DNA of 59,487 nucleotides, the filler included. It is 5 parts of 5 records of this genome, joined end to end, with 100 filler letters (N's around TTAATTAATTAA, not from the genome) between each part and the next. Parts side by side here need not be neighbours in the genome. Positions count along the whole stretch, not along the records: positions 36,833 to 59,487 come from DRR723986_9839; 4 more parts are not named here. One strand, given 5' to 3'. A model generated the notes under the pieces. It did no database searches. It had not been told where the DNA came from and saw only the letters and a list, made by a program, of their open reading frames with translations. The position numbers and the translations under genes are program-made. Shown here piece by piece: positions 59,041 to 59,487 of the stretch; the stretch's first letter is position 1; every line of letters starts with the position of its first letter.

Positions 59041-59377
59041 GCGCGAATTCCTCTGTCATCCGCGTACCATTTGCCACCAAGCTCCAATCTCTACTCACAT
59101 TCTTTCCTGTCTCTTCATTGAGCCACTTCCTCCTCTTAATATTCAGAAAACAGGCTTTACCGCGCAACGGGAAATCCTGAATACTTACCTCATCATAAAA
59201 ACCCTTTGAGGTGAGTTTTGACCCCTGAAGATGCTCGGGATGAATATTGAGCTCTTCCAAATAAATGTGGTAAGCATTGTCTTTGAGTCCCGCTGAAGTA
59301 ACCTTGAAAAATTCAAGCAGGCCCTGAGGCAAAAGCAAGCTGAGGTAGTCCTTTTCTTCCAATTCTTTTTTTAGCAA
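59003..59377 (-). CDS. ISAon1-family transposase N-terminal region protein
   Basis: LLLPQGLLEFF, SKGFY, IQDFPLRG, KRRKW and GTRMTEEFALFLK. Confidence 0.85.
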   Translation of the reverse strand: MLKKELEEKDYLSLLLPQGLLEFFKVTSAGLKDNAYHIYLEELNIHPEHLQGSKLTSKGFYDEVSIQDFPLRGKACFLNIKRRKWLNEETGKNVSRDWSLVANGTRMTEEFALFLKRNDWIHRR

Positions 59378-59487
59378 AGAAAATGGATTGTGTCAATTCC
59401 CCCAACTTTTAGGACTGATCCATGAAATTGACTCGCCTTTACAAATAGCATCAGAACCCCTATAAAACACAAAAAGTTGACCGTAAA

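Larger units (their letters stand above)
58009..59421 (-). mobile_element. ISL3-family (ISAon1-like) insertion sequence, 1413 bp
   Basis: Imperfect terminal inverted repeats starting GGATCAGTC (58009, and the reverse complement ending at 59421); 8-bp target duplication ATGAAATT at 58001-58008 and 59422-59429. Confidence 0.92.

Noticed and set aside
36733-59487. AT-rich segment as a horizontally acquired island in an alphaproteobacterium
   Set aside because: It begins at an artificial spacer and looks like a separate Bacteroidota contig.
1-59487. CRISPR arrays, rRNA, tRNA, riboswitches, prophage or anti-phage genes
   Set aside because: None recognised by eye. A covariance-model search would be needed to exclude small RNAs.

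Overview
This window is not one locus. It is five sequences joined by four artificial 100-nt spacers (N44-TTAATTAATTAA-N44 at 13761-13860, 20619-20718, 30883-30982 and 36733-36832), so adjacency across a spacer means nothing. (1) 1-13760, GC-rich alphaproteobacterial (Roseobacter-like) DNA: an ActP-like symporter with a cNMP/CBS/DUF294 nucleotidyltransferase and a membrane-anchored DEDDh exonuclease, then a LysR-controlled amino-acid uptake/catabolic operon ending in a racemase with broad-spectrum (Bsr-like) signatures. (2) 13861-20618: formate dehydrogenase alpha, histidine phosphatase, GST, saccharopine dehydrogenase, rmuC and the end of mutL. (3) 20719-30882: peptide ABC transporter, argE, a membrane/ferredoxin adenylate cyclase, ArsC-like and M15 peptidase genes, and an aminotransferase. 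(4) 30983-36732, housekeeping: fabH-like, tdk, hydroxyacid dehydrogenase, csaA, proC, ybjN-like, ubiK-like, lgt. (5) 36833-59487, AT-richer Bacteroidota-like DNA. An approximately 19-kb block sits between IS debris on both sides. It encodes a cholesterol-dependent-cytolysin-like (CDCL) pore-forming protein, three paralogous lipoproteins, a Tat-exported pseudo-transglutaminase/vWA protein, other secreted proteins, two tandem LytS-type kinases with one LytTR regulator, and a hybrid two-component AraC regulator whose ATP-binding domain looks dead. Three promoters in the block share a TGTTAC-like 21-bp direct repeat at a fixed distance from the -7 box. This apparent regulon is the best candidate for an undescribed system. 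All product calls come from motifs recognised by eye; no searches were run, and taxonomic assignments are inferences.
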